Under the pieces are notes generated by a model. It saw nothing but the letters and a program-made list of their open reading frames with translations. It was not told the origin of the DNA and did no database searches. Made by a program: the position numbers and the translations under genes. 64,000 nt of DNA from Azolla caroliniana (lineage: Eukaryota > Plantae > Polypodiophyta), in assembly GCA_043228905.1 (NCBI GenBank), contig JBHGNT010000001.1:12214001-12278000 (forward strand), read 5' to 3'. Below are positions 12,960 through 25,530 of this stretch, piece after piece. Every line of letters starts with the position of its first letter. Position 1 is the first letter of the stretch.

Positions 12960-13597
12960 TGTTAGGAATATGTCCCTCCTATGGGTGCAATTGACTGGTC
13001 GTGCCGAGTGCCGACAGTCGAAGACATGGAGAGTCGACAATGGGAGAGTCCAAGTCGAAGACATGACTGACTAGTCGAACCGACCGGATGGTCGAAGATA
13101 AGGCCGACTAGTCGGGATGACTGGACAATCGACACTAGAGTCGACTAGTTGAATCCCACCGGTTGATTAGTTATTATTGTTATAATAGGAATAATAGTAG
13201 CAATGGCTATATTTGTAAATGAACCATATAGTGTATAAGTATAAATACACTTAGGGCAAACATAGTGTTAGGTTGAACATAATTATGTGTGCGCCTTTGT
13301 AGTTGAGTGCGACAGAGAAGAGAGTGTGTGTAAGCGAGAGGGAATGACACCATAGCTGAGTGAGCTTAGACGTCAAGAGCCCTGTGAGGCTGTTACACTA
13401 TGCTGTGTGGGCGTGTTGTAATCTAGTAGTCTTGTATAGCCATTGTATAGTGAAGACCTGTTCTCTCGTGGCTTCCTCATTTAGGGTTTCCATGTAAATC
13501 TGTGTATTCTTTGCATTTGTTGTTTTTCTTGTCTTTCCATGATATTACCTACTTATAGTCGGTCCCTGTCATGACTTCAAGGGAACGAAACTCCACA
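12960..13597 (+). repeat. 5' LTR of copia B
   Basis: TGTTAGGAATATGTCCC... repeated at 17687; internal GTCGAC/ACTAGT-rich short repeats; TATAAATA. Confidence 0.92.
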
Positions 13598-16500
13598 AAC
13601 TGGTATTAGAGCTTGGTTGAAGATGGAAGGAGGTGTAAGCGGCCTCCCAAGCATGATAGTTCTAAACTCTCAGAACTATGTAGATTGGAAGATAAAGATG
13701 AGGACCTTCTCATAGTCAATGACCTGTATGAGCCAATTGATAGAGCAGAAATACCCACGGGGGTATTAGAGTCTGAATGGAAACTCTTGAATGGGAAGGT
13801 GGTGGCCACCATTAGATAGTGCATCGATGTTACTGTTCTTCAACATGTGGTGAACGACACAAACGCCTACGAGATGTGGCAGAAGCTATCAGGTTTGTAT
13901 GAGAGGAAGAACATCCTCAACAAAACATCCTTGATGAGAAAGATCGTGAGACTGAAATACAGGGACAGGGAAAGCATAGTCAAGCACATTAACACATTCA
14001 TGGGGTATGTGAATCAACTTGCCGCAACCAAGTTTCCCATTGAGGAGGCAATGCATGCCATCCTCCTATTGTGCACCCTGCCAGACAGCTGGGAGAATCT
14101 AGTGGTGACTCTCAGCACCTCGTGCTAGGAAGAGAACTTGTCTCTACAAGCGGTAAAGACAAGCATCTTGAATGAGGAGACTAGAAGGAAGGACAAGGGT
14201 GTCCTGGTCCAGTCGGCGTCAAATTTGACTCAACATACTAACAGAGGAAGGAATCGGCAAAGGAGTCTACCAAGGAGAGAAAAGTCCCATGCCAAATCCA
14301 AGTGTAGAGGAAAGCTGACATGCTTCTATTGTGGAAAGCCTGGACACTTCCAAAAGGATTGCCGACACCTCAAGAAGGAAAAGAGTGTCGGCAACAACGT
14401 CTAACCCAGGAAGATTCCTGATGAAAAGGGCACATCGACCATAGCTACAAGTGCAAAGGAATTTTATTCATCTGTGAGCAGGCCAACACAAATCTTGTAA
14501 GCGAAGAGTGCACTTGGGTAATCGACTCGGGTGCATCATTCCACGTAACTTCTATCGAGAGAGTGTTTTTCGACTTACATAGTTGGGGATCACAACTATG
14601 TAAAGATGGGAGATCATGGAGAGTGCAAGATAGCTGGCATTGGAAGCGTGTGCATGATGACATCAACAGGTTGTCGACTGATGCTGAAGGAAGTTTGACA
14701 TGTCCCCGATATAAGATTGAATCTGATACCAACTTGAAGGTTGGATGATGAAGGCTACAATGGTAGCTTCCAGAATGGTAAGTGGAAGTTTTGTAGTGGA
14801 AACCTCATAATGGCACGAGCACAGAAAGAGGGCACATTGTATATGATGCATGCCCGACTGTGCAAGTCGGAAGTGAATGTGGCAGCCGACTCCAGTGGAG
14901 AGTTATGGCATAAGAGGCTCGACCACATGAGTGAAAAGGAATGCACATCCTGGCTGATCAGGAACTTCTCCCATAAGTGAAAGGAGTTCACTTGAAGAAG
15001 TGTGTCGACTACCTAGTCGGAAAGCAGAATTGAGCGGCATTCCACACAAGACCACCAAGAAGAAGACAAGTTGCACTGGAACTAGTACACACAGATGTGT
15101 GCTATGTAGATGCTCTGTCACATCGAGGTGGATAGTACTTCGTAATGTTTATTGACGACTATAGTCGGAAGACATGGGCCTTCGTACAGAAGTCAATGGA
15201 TCAAGTATTGTCAATGTTCAAGGAGTTCCAGACAAGAACTGAGCAAGAGTCGGGTCAGAAGTTGAAGGCTATCTGAATCGACAATGGTGGCGAATACAAA
15301 GGGCAGTTTGAGGAATACTGCAAGGCCAGGGTATTCAAATTGAGTACATTGTACCAAAGACCCTTGAGTTGAATGAGCTTGCAGAGAGGATGAATCGAAC
15401 AATTATGGAGAGAGTAAGGAGCATGCTGTCACATGCTAAACTGCCGAAATCTTATTGGGTTGAGGCAATGTACACGGTTGTTTACCTGATCAACAGGTCT
15501 CTCTCAGTACCATTGAAAGGTGATGTCCCACAGAGGGTGCAGACAAGAAAGGATGTCTCCTACCAACACCTGAGGGCGTTCGAATGCTTAGTGTATATGC
15601 ATGTGGCTAAGGATCAGAGGTCGAAGCTGGACAATAAGTCAAAACCATGCATATTCATGGGATACTTGGAGGACGAGCTTGGCTACATGCTGGGGACTTA
15701 GTTGATAAGAAAGTAGTGAGGAGTCGGGACGTAGTCTTCTTGGAAGACAAGACGATTGAGGACTGGAGGCAATAGAAGTCGGAATCGATTTCCCTATCGA
15801 CCCCCACTACTATGGACTTAAGGCCAAGTGAACCAACACAGTCAACTGCTTAGAGATAGCCAGTCGACACAGCTGAATCCGAGTCGGTCAACTCGGAGCA
15901 ACCGACCAACACAAATGAGTTAGAGTCAGTGGACTTATGGAAGTCGATCGAGGACTACAAAGCAGAATCGATAAATCCTCAATGACCGATCGACACATAT
16001 GAACCCGAGCCGAGAGGAGAGTCTGCACAGACATCTGAGTTGGAGCTAACAACGAGTGGAAGGAGATACCCACTCAAAGAAAGGAGAGTACCGACGACAT
16101 ATGCCAGCCAATACATCCTCTTGACTGATGAAGGTGAACTAGAGTGCTATGAAGAAGCCATAGCTAATGATCACAAGGAGAAATGGCGGAGTGCAACACA
16201 AGACAAGATGGACTCCTTGCATGAAAACTATACCTACGAGTTGGTGGAGCTACCAAAGGGTAAATGAATGGGTCTACAAGGTGAAGATTGGAGAAGTCGA
16301 TAGCACACCTAGGTATAAAGCCCACATAGTGGGGAAGGGGTTTCAACAGAAAAAGGGTGTTGACTTCGACGAAATATTTGCACCAGTCGTGAAGATGACT
16401 TCCATCCAAACTGTTCTGAGCATAGTTGCTAGTATGGATTTGGAGATCGAATAGATGAATGTCAAGACAACTTTCTTGCACGGGGAGCTGGATGAAGAAA

Positions 16501-17686
16501 TCTACATGCAGCAGCCCGAAGACTTTGAGGAGAAAGGGAAAGAGAACCTGGTGTGTCGATTGAAGAAAAGCTTGTATGGTCTGAAGCAAGCTCCACGCCA
16601 ATGGTACAAGAAGTCCGAGACCTTCACGTAGGAACACAACCTGATCACTGTGTGTTTGTCAAAAGGTATGATGAAGGTGACTTCTTAATTCTCTTATTAG
16701 ATGTGGATGACATGTTGATAGTCGGACAAGACACGAAGAGGATCGTGAGCTTGAAGAAAGCACTAGGCAAGTCATTTGCTATGAAAGATCTTGGATTGGC
16801 AAAACAAATCCTAAGGATGCATATAGTTCGAGATAGAACTAAGAAAGTGATGTGGTTGTCACAAGAGAAATACGTGACGAAGACTCTAGAAAGATTCAAC
16901 ATGTCAGAGGCGAAGCCAATCGGCTCCGTGTTGCCGACCAACAACAAGCTGAATGCCAAGCAATGCCCAAGAGGGGAGAAGGAAAATGATGAGATGAAGA
17001 AAGTATTGTATGCCTCAACCATCGATAGTTTAATGTATGTTATGGTCTGTATGAGAGCAGACATAACATCTACTGTGGGAGCAGTAAGCTAATACATGAG
17101 TAATCCAGGAAGAGAACATTGGGCATTTGTTAAATGGATACTTAGGTACTTGAAAGGCACCTTGGGTGTGTGTCTTAGGTATGGTGTCGGAAAACCCATG
17201 CTCGAAGGGTTTACCGACTCAGACATGTCGGGGGATGCAGACTTGAGTCAGTCCACTACAGGGTACGTGATGACCTATGCAGGGGGGGTAGTGTTGTGGC
17301 AATCACGATTGTAGAAGTTTGTGGCTTTGTCGATCACAGAGGCAGAGTACATTGCAGTGGTAGAGGCTGACAAAAACCTAATCTAGATGAGAAATTTTCT
17401 CAGTGAGTTGGGGATGAAGCAAAGGGATTTCTTACTTCATTGTGACAACCAGAGTGCCATACATCTAGTAAAGAATGTTGCGTACCACTACGGAACCAAG
17501 CACATACAGAGAAGGTATCACTAGTTGCGGGAGAAAGTGGAAGAAGAAGAGTTTACCCTTGTGAAGATCCATGCGGACAACAATGGATCTGACATAATGA
17601 CAAAGAACCTACCGATGGATAGACTCAGAGTTTGTCGACAGAGGACAGGACTAACAGACTCCACCCATAGGAGTGAAGGGGGAGTC

Positions 17687-18094
17687 TGTTAGGAATATGT
17701 CCCTCCTATGGGTGCAATCGATTGGTCATGCCGAGTGCCGATAGTCGAAGACATGGAGAGTCGACAATGGGAGAGTCCAAGTCGAAGACACGATCGACTA
17801 GTCGGGCCGACCGGATGGTCGAAGATAAGGCTGACTAGTCGGGCCAACTAGTCGAAGATAAGGTCGACTGGTCGAAGATAAGTTCGACTAGTCAAATCCT
17901 GCCAACTGATTAATTATTGTTGTTATAATAGGAATAACAGTAGCAGTGGCTATATTTGTAAATGGCCCATACAGGGTATAAGTATAAATACACTTAGGGC
18001 AAACATAGTGTTAGGTTGAACAGAATTGTGTGTGAGCCTCTGTAGTTGAGTGTGACAGAGAAGAGAGTGTGTGTGAGTGAGAGGGAACCATAGC
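17687..18094 (+). repeat. 3' LTR of copia B (truncated)
   Basis: Follows the PPT; matches 12960 onward as far as CCATAGC, then sequence switches to chromovirus C. Confidence 0.9.
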
Positions 18095-19193
18095 GGAAGC
18101 ATTAGCAAGATTCTCTGTAGGTTCCCATGTTCGATCATTAGGTATATAACCTAACCAGTCAATCAAATAATATAGCTTGTTGCAGACGATCTTGGAGTCG
18201 AGAATGACAACAACTTCATATTAAGAGCCATCGAAAACTTCAACTAGAGGTGGGGGAGATGTAACACAACCCGGAATAGAGCTTGTTGTGTAGGGTTCCA
18301 AAAGTGAAACATGGAAGACTAGGTGAAGACGCATATGAGGAGGAAGGTCAAGTCAAAATGCCACATCATTGATCTTATGAGAGAGCACATATGGGCCGAA
18401 ACGTTGATAATCCAATTTGCAACAAGGTCTGGTGGTTTTAATGCTACATTGTAAGAGCCATACTCGATCTCCCACTTGAAATGTAGTTGATGAATCACGT
18501 CGATGAAGGTCGACAACCTTCTTTTGAGTGTTTTGAGTGTCACATAGATGGCCTGGAAGAATTTCTTGGAGTGGGTGAGCTGATCTTCAACAATTGGGTT
18601 TGTCGGGAATTTAGGATGTTCAAGCAACGCCCAACGAGGATGGTACCCAATGTTTGCAAAAAATAGGGAATATCCAGTAGAAGAATGCTCAGAGTTGTTG
18701 TAAGAGAATTCTGCCAAATGTAGTAGATCAACGCAATCATCTTGTTGATAGTTGGCAAAACAACAAAGATATTGCTCGATTGTTTGGTTGGTGCGTTCAC
18801 TCTACCCATTAGTTTTTGGATGGTAGCTGAAAGAGAGTTTGCAAGAAGTATGTAAGAGTTTGAACATGTGCCGCCAAATTTTTTGAGATGAACTGGGGAC
18901 ACCGATCACTGATAATATCATTTGAAAGACCATGACGCCGAAACACCTCCCGCATGAGTAAATCAACTGTCTCGTGGCTAGTAATGGTCTTTGTGCATGG
19001 AAGAAAATGTGTCATCTTCATAAAACGATCTACTACAGTGAGAATAGAATCCCCTTGGAAGGTCCGTAGTGAAGTCCAAGGAAATAGATTTCCAAGGGTT
19101 CTCAAGAATACGCATTGGCCATAATAAGCCATATGGATGATGTTAAGGCTTTTTTGATCGGCAACATGTATCACAACTATGAACATAATCTGT

Positions 19194-22100
19194 TGTCGCG
19201 TTATTACGAGTGTGCGTGTTGAAGGGCGGGACCACGGGGGTCTCGGACGAGGGGGAAAAGGGATGCCAAGAAAACCGACTCCGGACACGACCCGGAGGCA
19301 ACCGAACACGAGAGAGAGAGCATGCGTGTGACACCGAATCTTATGCACAAGAAACGAGAGGGGCTATGCTCCCGACACCACCAGATACACCAATATGCAC
19401 AAACAGATATAAGTGTATATATTACAAAGGAGAAAGATACAACCCCGACTTCGAGCCGGCTACGCTCAGAAGAAAAGAAGTTAACCCTAACAACTTTGCT
19501 GCCATGGCTGCGGTGCCCGACTTCTCAAGAAGGAGAAGAAGAAGAAGAACTAACCCTAGAAATAAAATGACCCTCTACAAAATGGTATACCCTTACGACT
19601 CAAAATGGGCAACCCCATACAAGAGACCCCTCCCTTCCTTTTATAGCCTAAGGAGGGAGGAACGTTACAATGTGGGATCAATACTCCCCCCTTATTCTAT
19701 ACACCGTTTTCCTACTATACATGTGCACATGTTGCACACCACCGACTTGCCCTATTCCACCCTAGTTTCACACTATAGCCGAAAATCTTCACAACATCCA
19801 CCCCCACCAAACCGCACATCCACCGGTATGTGCCAAGGAAGGAAAAGGGGTGAGAGATCTTGGTGACGGTGAGCAACCGGGTCCTCCACCTTACCAACAC
19901 CCGACCATCTCGTCGGCTCCTTGCTGGCGCCGATCCATCTTGCCGGCTCCTTACCGGCCCCGACCCGTTTCTCCATCCGATCCACCACGTCCGCCGCACG
20001 CACCTTCTTCTTCGACGGGCCCTCCCAAACATTGTTGTCGACTCGGTCTCTCTTCCTTCGCTCGCCGTGCATGTCCTTCCATGGGTTCTTCCTGAGTGCC
20101 ATTATCGTTCCCAGAGTATGCGCTCATGTTTTTCCCTTGCTTGCCGCGCTCTTTCACGGTATAGCGTGCCGTCACCCCGACCTCCATGTTGGTGCCCTTC
20201 GCGTTGTCTCGGTTGCCGTCCCGTGTTGTTGCCCATCGCCTTCGTCCCCTCACCGCCACCTTCCGTCTCCTTGGTCTTATGTTGCCACATCGGCTCGGAC
20301 TGCCAAGGTCTCTGGAACCAGTGTGGAGGATCCCTCTCCGGCCTTCCGTTCAAGATCACCTGAACCAACAACCTATCTCTGCGTCGGTGTTCCCGCTTTG
20401 GCACCTCCGTGTGTTGCGCATCCGCCTTCCTTGTTCGGCACCGCCTGTGCCGAACACTGTCCTGTACTCTTGCTTCGCTTTGGCCCTTGATGGCCACATG
20501 CACGTCTTCCGTTCCTCTTTCGGGTGTGCATTTCCCGGCTCGGCCCACCGCTCCTTAACCGGGTGTCCCCGACAGCTTACCAGAAGATCACCCTTGCCGT
20601 GTCCCGGCCTGTGCCTCCTTCATTCACGTAACGCCTTGGCTGGTTGGTGCTTCTGATGTTGCCGCCTTCGTCCCCTTGCCGCCACCTTCCATTACCCTCG
20701 GTCTCAAGTTGCCACGTCGGCCGAACAATCGGGGTCTCCGAGCAGGTGTGAAGGATCCTTCTCGGGCCTCCGTTTTGTTGGGTCACTGACTCTCGTACCA
20801 AGCGCATACGATCTTTGTCTGGCCGACTCTGCCGGTCGGGTCCGTATCCGGTTCGTGGCCGCCTCGCCGGCCTCATACCTCCTTTTGCTTTGCTTTCCTT
20901 CATTCGATCACGTTCTCCTGCCGCCACCGTCCTTCTCTCTAGGTCTCATGCCGGCTCTTGTCGCCGGCTGCCGGAGTCTCCGGATCAGTGTGAGTCTCTT
21001 CTTGGGACCTCCCCCTTGCCGTCTTCGGTTGCCCACCTTGTCCCCGCCACCGTTCTTCTCTCTAGGTCTCACGGCGGCACTCGGGCCGACCGCCGGAGTG
21101 TCTAGAACCGGTGTGTGTAAGGTCGAAGCAGCACCACTTGCCGTTTCCTCTCACCGTAGTCCCGACCTCCGTGTCGGCCTCTTCGGCTGGTCACATTCAC
21201 CTGCCGCCACTGATCTCTCCTATAGGACTCACGCCGGTAATCAGGCCGACCGCCGGATCGATGCGAGGATCTCCGCAAACCGCCCTTCCGCACTTCTGCC
21301 GTAGCCGGTTCCCGTTTCCTGCTGCTACCATCCTTCTCACTCGGTCTCACATTGCCACGTCGGCTTGAACTGCCGGTGTCTCCGGATTGGTGTGAGGATC
21401 CCATAGGATCGGTCTTCTGTTGCCTTTCCCTCGTCCCCTTGCCGCCACCGTCAGTCTCTTGGTCTTACGCCGGCTCCGATGCCGAATGCTGAAGTCTCTA
21501 GATCCGGTGTGAAGGATCCTCCTTGGGCTTCTCGTCTTCCCGACCCTCTTCCTGGGTCGTCTTTCTCCGCATGTCAAAAGGGTGGCTCGCTCCACACCCT
21601 CTCCCGTGGTACCGATGTACCGTGTTCCGGCCTCCCCGTAGGCTTGCCCCTTCCTCCCTTTCGGATCGGTTATCCGGAAGTCCGCTCCGCCCAGTTCTTG
21701 TCTGGGTCCATTCGCCACTTCGCGTTGCCGGGTCCCATTCTTCTGCCGCCACCGTCAGTATCTTGGTCTTACGTTGGATCCGATGCCGACCCCCGAAGTC
21801 TCTAGCCCAGTGTGAGGTGACCCATAGGACCGATCTTCGTTCTCCGCTTCGTCCCTTGTACTTCTCCCGAACTCGTCGTCACTCTCCTTGCTGTGCTCCC
21901 GCCTCCATCTCCCATCTCTTTCGGTCTCACGTTGCCATGTCGGCCGAATTGCCGAAGTCTTCGGTCAAGATGTGGGGACACTGATTTAGTAACGAATCGC
22001 GACGACTCATCCGGGGCCACCGACCCTTTTAGTGGTGCCGGGGGATTGCATCCGCTCTGTGATCAATCAAGCCCCGCTTGTGCTTGATTCTCCAATGTCC

Positions 22101-24258
22101 GGAGTTTCGGCTCCGATGCCGATCTTGCCGGATGCGTTCCGAACCCTTGATCACCTCCCTCCGATTCCCGACCTTCGCCTGGTCGGTCTTTCTCCCCATG
22201 TAAAAGAAGGCTGCGTGGTTCGGTCCCCGGTCGGGTCGTTTCTTGGTCCTTTCGTCGACCTTCTCGCGGGCCATTTCCCATCCATCTTCGCTGGCATCGT
22301 GTTAGGACTCCTCGATATCGTCATCCATCTCCTCGGTCTCATGTGGGCGTAAGGGCCCGAATGCCGAGTTCTCCGGAATCGGTTCTGAGGGCTATTGTCC
22401 GTTCCCTCCCTATATCGTCTCACCGGCGATTCTCGGTCTCACACCGCCGCCTTCCTCCTCTTGGGACTCATGTGGGCACTTGGGCTCGACTGCCATCGTC
22501 TCGGGAGCAAGTGTGGGAAGATGCGTAGAATCGCTTGTCCGTTTTACGACCTTGTTCGTAGCCAGCCACCGACACCTCGTGGTCGGTGGTTGTCTCCTTA
22601 CCGATCGTGCAAGCCCTACCCGGGCTTGCTTCTCCAATGTCCGGAGTTCCAGGCTGACGTGCCTGAAACCGCCGGTCCCGACATTCCGATTCTGCGATCG
22701 GTATCTCGGCCTTGTCCTTGGCCGTTCTATCTCCGCACGCCGAGAGGGCATTTTGTTTTGCACCCTCTCCCGTGGTACCGTGGTACCAATCTTCTACCTT
22801 CTCGTGGGCTAGGTCCATCTCCTCGGCGTTGGTTTGCGGCCTTGATCTTTCCTCTTCCTCGAGCATTGCCTCGAGAGCTGCGTACGCCTTCGCAATCCTG
22901 GCCCCGAAGCCGAGCCTTGCCGACTCTCTTTGCCGTTCGACCTCTTTCCGTTGTGATGGCGCGCCGTCGCATGCCTTCCTCCTAGCCTTCTCGGCCTGCT
23001 CGTCATCTAGCCGTTGGCATACGCTTCCGACCTTCAACCAGTCCTCCGTAAGGCCATTCGCTTCATCCTCGTCTTCGAGCTCAATCCCGATGGCCTCTCG
23101 TTCCGCTCGATCGATTGACCTAATGAACAACAGGACTTTGTCCACCCCCACCAAACCTTGCTCCTGCTCCGGGAGCCGAGCAAGCCGTTGCTCGAACTCT
23201 CGGAACGCCTTCGTTGCGTCCCACTGGTTGAAGCCACCCACTAGTTGAAGCCGCGTCATCCCCGACTCTTCCGTCGTCCTCCATATGCCTGTAGGAGCGC
23301 CTCTTCGAAGGCCTCCCATGAACTATGAGCTTCTTAGAGCTCCTTCACTTCCGCATGCATGCGGACGGCGACGACCTGACAGAAGAACCCTAGCCTCAAC
23401 GCCTTGTCTATGTCTCGCTCCTCCATTTCCACATTGTAGGCTTCCAAGTAGAATGGGACTTTGTCCCCGTTGAAATGGCCGACTCTTTCGACCACTCGTT
23501 CAATAGCTTGCTACACCGTCTCCCTTCTTGTTGTTGCCCGTCCAAACTCCCTCACTGCTTCGACAAAAAGTTGCGTGAAGTCATCTTCTTCCAACTCCAT
23601 TCGCCCTTGCCGCCCTTCATGTCAGGTTCACCAAAGATGTCGCGTTATTACGCGCGTGTGTGCTGAAGGGCAGGACCACGAGGGTCTCAGACAAGGGGGA
23701 AAAGGGATGCCAAGAAAACCGACTCGAGACACGACCCGGAGGCAACCGAACACGAGAGAGAGAGAGAAAAAGAGAGAGAGAGCATGCGCGCGACACCGAC
23801 TCTTATGCATAGGAAACGAGAGGGGCTATGCTCCCGACACCACCAGATACACCAATATGCACAAACAGATATAAGTGTATATATTACAAAGGAGAAAGAT
23901 ACAACCCCGGCTTCGAGCCGGCTATGCTCAGAAGAAAAGAAGTTAACCCTAACAGCTTTGCTGCCATGGCTGTGGCGCCCAACTTCTCAAGAAGGAGGAG
24001 GAGAAGAAGAACTAACCTTAGAAATAAAATGACCCTCTACAAAATGGTATTCCCTTACGACTCAAAATGGGCAACCCCATACAAGAGACCCCTCCCTTCC
24101 TTTTATAGCCTAAGGAGGGAGGAACGTTACAATGTGGGATCAATACTCCCCCCTTATTCTATACACCGTTTTCCTACTATACATGTGCACATGTTGCACA
24201 CCACCGGCTTGCCCTATTCCACCCTAGTTTCACACTATAGCCGGAAATCTTCACGACA
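19194..24258 (-). mobile_element. Non-autonomous gypsy-type LTR element D (gag only plus repeat array, no pol)
   Basis: LTRs 19194-19796 and 23638-24258 (TGTCGCG..TCTTCACRACA); 4-bp TSD CTGT/CCGT; PBS TGGTGAACCTGAC (tRNA-Trp type); gag-like region ~22468-23600 homologous to gag of J (VLLFIRSID..AIGIELEDED..LTEDW). No RT or integrase motifs. Confidence 0.9.
20230..22520. repeat. Degenerate dispersed-tandem array inside element D (about 11 units)
   Basis: Core GCCGCCACCgtc..GGTCTYAYG..CCGA..CCGgAGTCTC..GTGTG recurs near 20255, 20680, 20920, 21045, 21205, 21320, 21440, 21745, 21900, 22320, 22445. Confidence 0.8.
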
Positions 24259-25143
24259 CCGTAACAAAATGGCGAAGTCATGGCTACCAATATCGGCGAG
24301 AAATTAACTCAAAAGTCTTGTGGATGCCAAAATTTTCAACCATTGGTGTGTCATGACATTGTTGCACGACTTGGAGTCGAGAAGGACCGTCAACCACATA
24401 CAAGAGATTTTGTCGAAAAAGTAAACCATCATGGCAACTGAACTGGGTGTAGTCTTGACGAGGATTTTGAGATTGGAAGCTGGAAGCACAATCTGGGATA
24501 ATATGGTTCAAAATCTCTTGGGCGAATGCATCAATCACAATATGCTCCCAAATGGAATAAAGAAGACTTGAATCTCTAGATTTGTTGATAGTGTGCATTG
24601 CTATTAGTCGTAGACAATCAGGACCTAAGAGGATTTGCTTCTGACTTTTAAATGCGGTCTCTCCTGGTTGAAGTTCCATATACGAACGTCGAGAGCATCT
24701 ACTTTTCCTTGTTGCATTCCAAGGTGATATAGAATTATGAAATAAAAACGAGTTAAGAATTGCGCCCAACAAGCTTGTCAACGACTCAAAACTCGAGCAC
24801 TTTAGAAGTATGTTAGAATTTGGTGATCACTGTAGACAATAATTTGTTGAGAAGAACCCTCCAAAAAATGACGCCATTGTTGAAAGAATCCACAATGGCA
24901 AGAAGCTCTTTGTCGTGAATCTCATAGTTGATTTATGCAGCTTCAAATTTCCGTGAGTGAAAAGCCATAGGCCATCATCGCCAATCTGGGATAGTACGCT
25001 TCCTAGTGCGAAGTCAAATGCATTAGCTTCAAGTATAAAGCGCCTCATTGGATTGACATACATTAAAATTGGTGCGGATGTAAATGCTTACTTTAAACCC
25101 TCAAATGCAGAGTTCACATTTGTACTCCATACAAATGGTCGAT

Positions 25144-25530
25144 TCTTTTGCGTCAGTTGAGTGAGGGCCAATACGATCTTTGAATAATCTTTGATGAACT
25201 TGCGATAAAAGTTTGCAAACCCCAAAAAACATTGTACATCTCGCACAGACTATGGTGTTTGCCAATCCAAAATCTTTTGCGTCAGTTGAGTGAGGGCCAA
25301 TACGATCTTTGAATAATCTTTGATGAACTTGCGATAAAAGTTTGCAAACCCCAAAAAACATTGTACATCTCGCACAGACTATGGTGTTTGCCAATCCAAA
25401 ATCTTTTGCGTCAGTTGAGTGAGGGCCAATATGATCTTTGAATAATCTTTGATGAACTTGTGATAAAAGTTTGCAAACCCCAAAAAACATTGTACATCTC
25501 GCACAGACTATGGTGTTTGCCAATCCAAAA
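25144..25530. repeat. 129-bp tandem triplication in the RT/RNase H connection of chromovirus C
   Basis: Units start at 25144, 25273 and 25402; near-identical; visible as a 43-aa repeat in the ORF track. Confidence 0.95.

Larger units (their letters stand above)
12960..18094 (+). mobile_element. Ty1/copia LTR retrotransposon B (Tnt1/Tork-like), degenerate, 3' LTR truncated
   Basis: 5' LTR 12960-13597 (TG..CA); PBS TGGTATTAGAGC 13601-13612 (tRNA-iMet type); gag with CFYCGKPGHFQKDC; protease WVIDSGASFH; integrase; RT; RNase H; PPT GGAGTGAAGGGGGAG; 3' LTR 17687-~18094. Many stops and frameshifts. Confidence 0.95.

Noticed and set aside
20230-22520. CRISPR-like array
   Set aside because: Units are highly degenerate and irregularly spaced, lie inside an LTR element, and there are no cas genes in this eukaryotic context.
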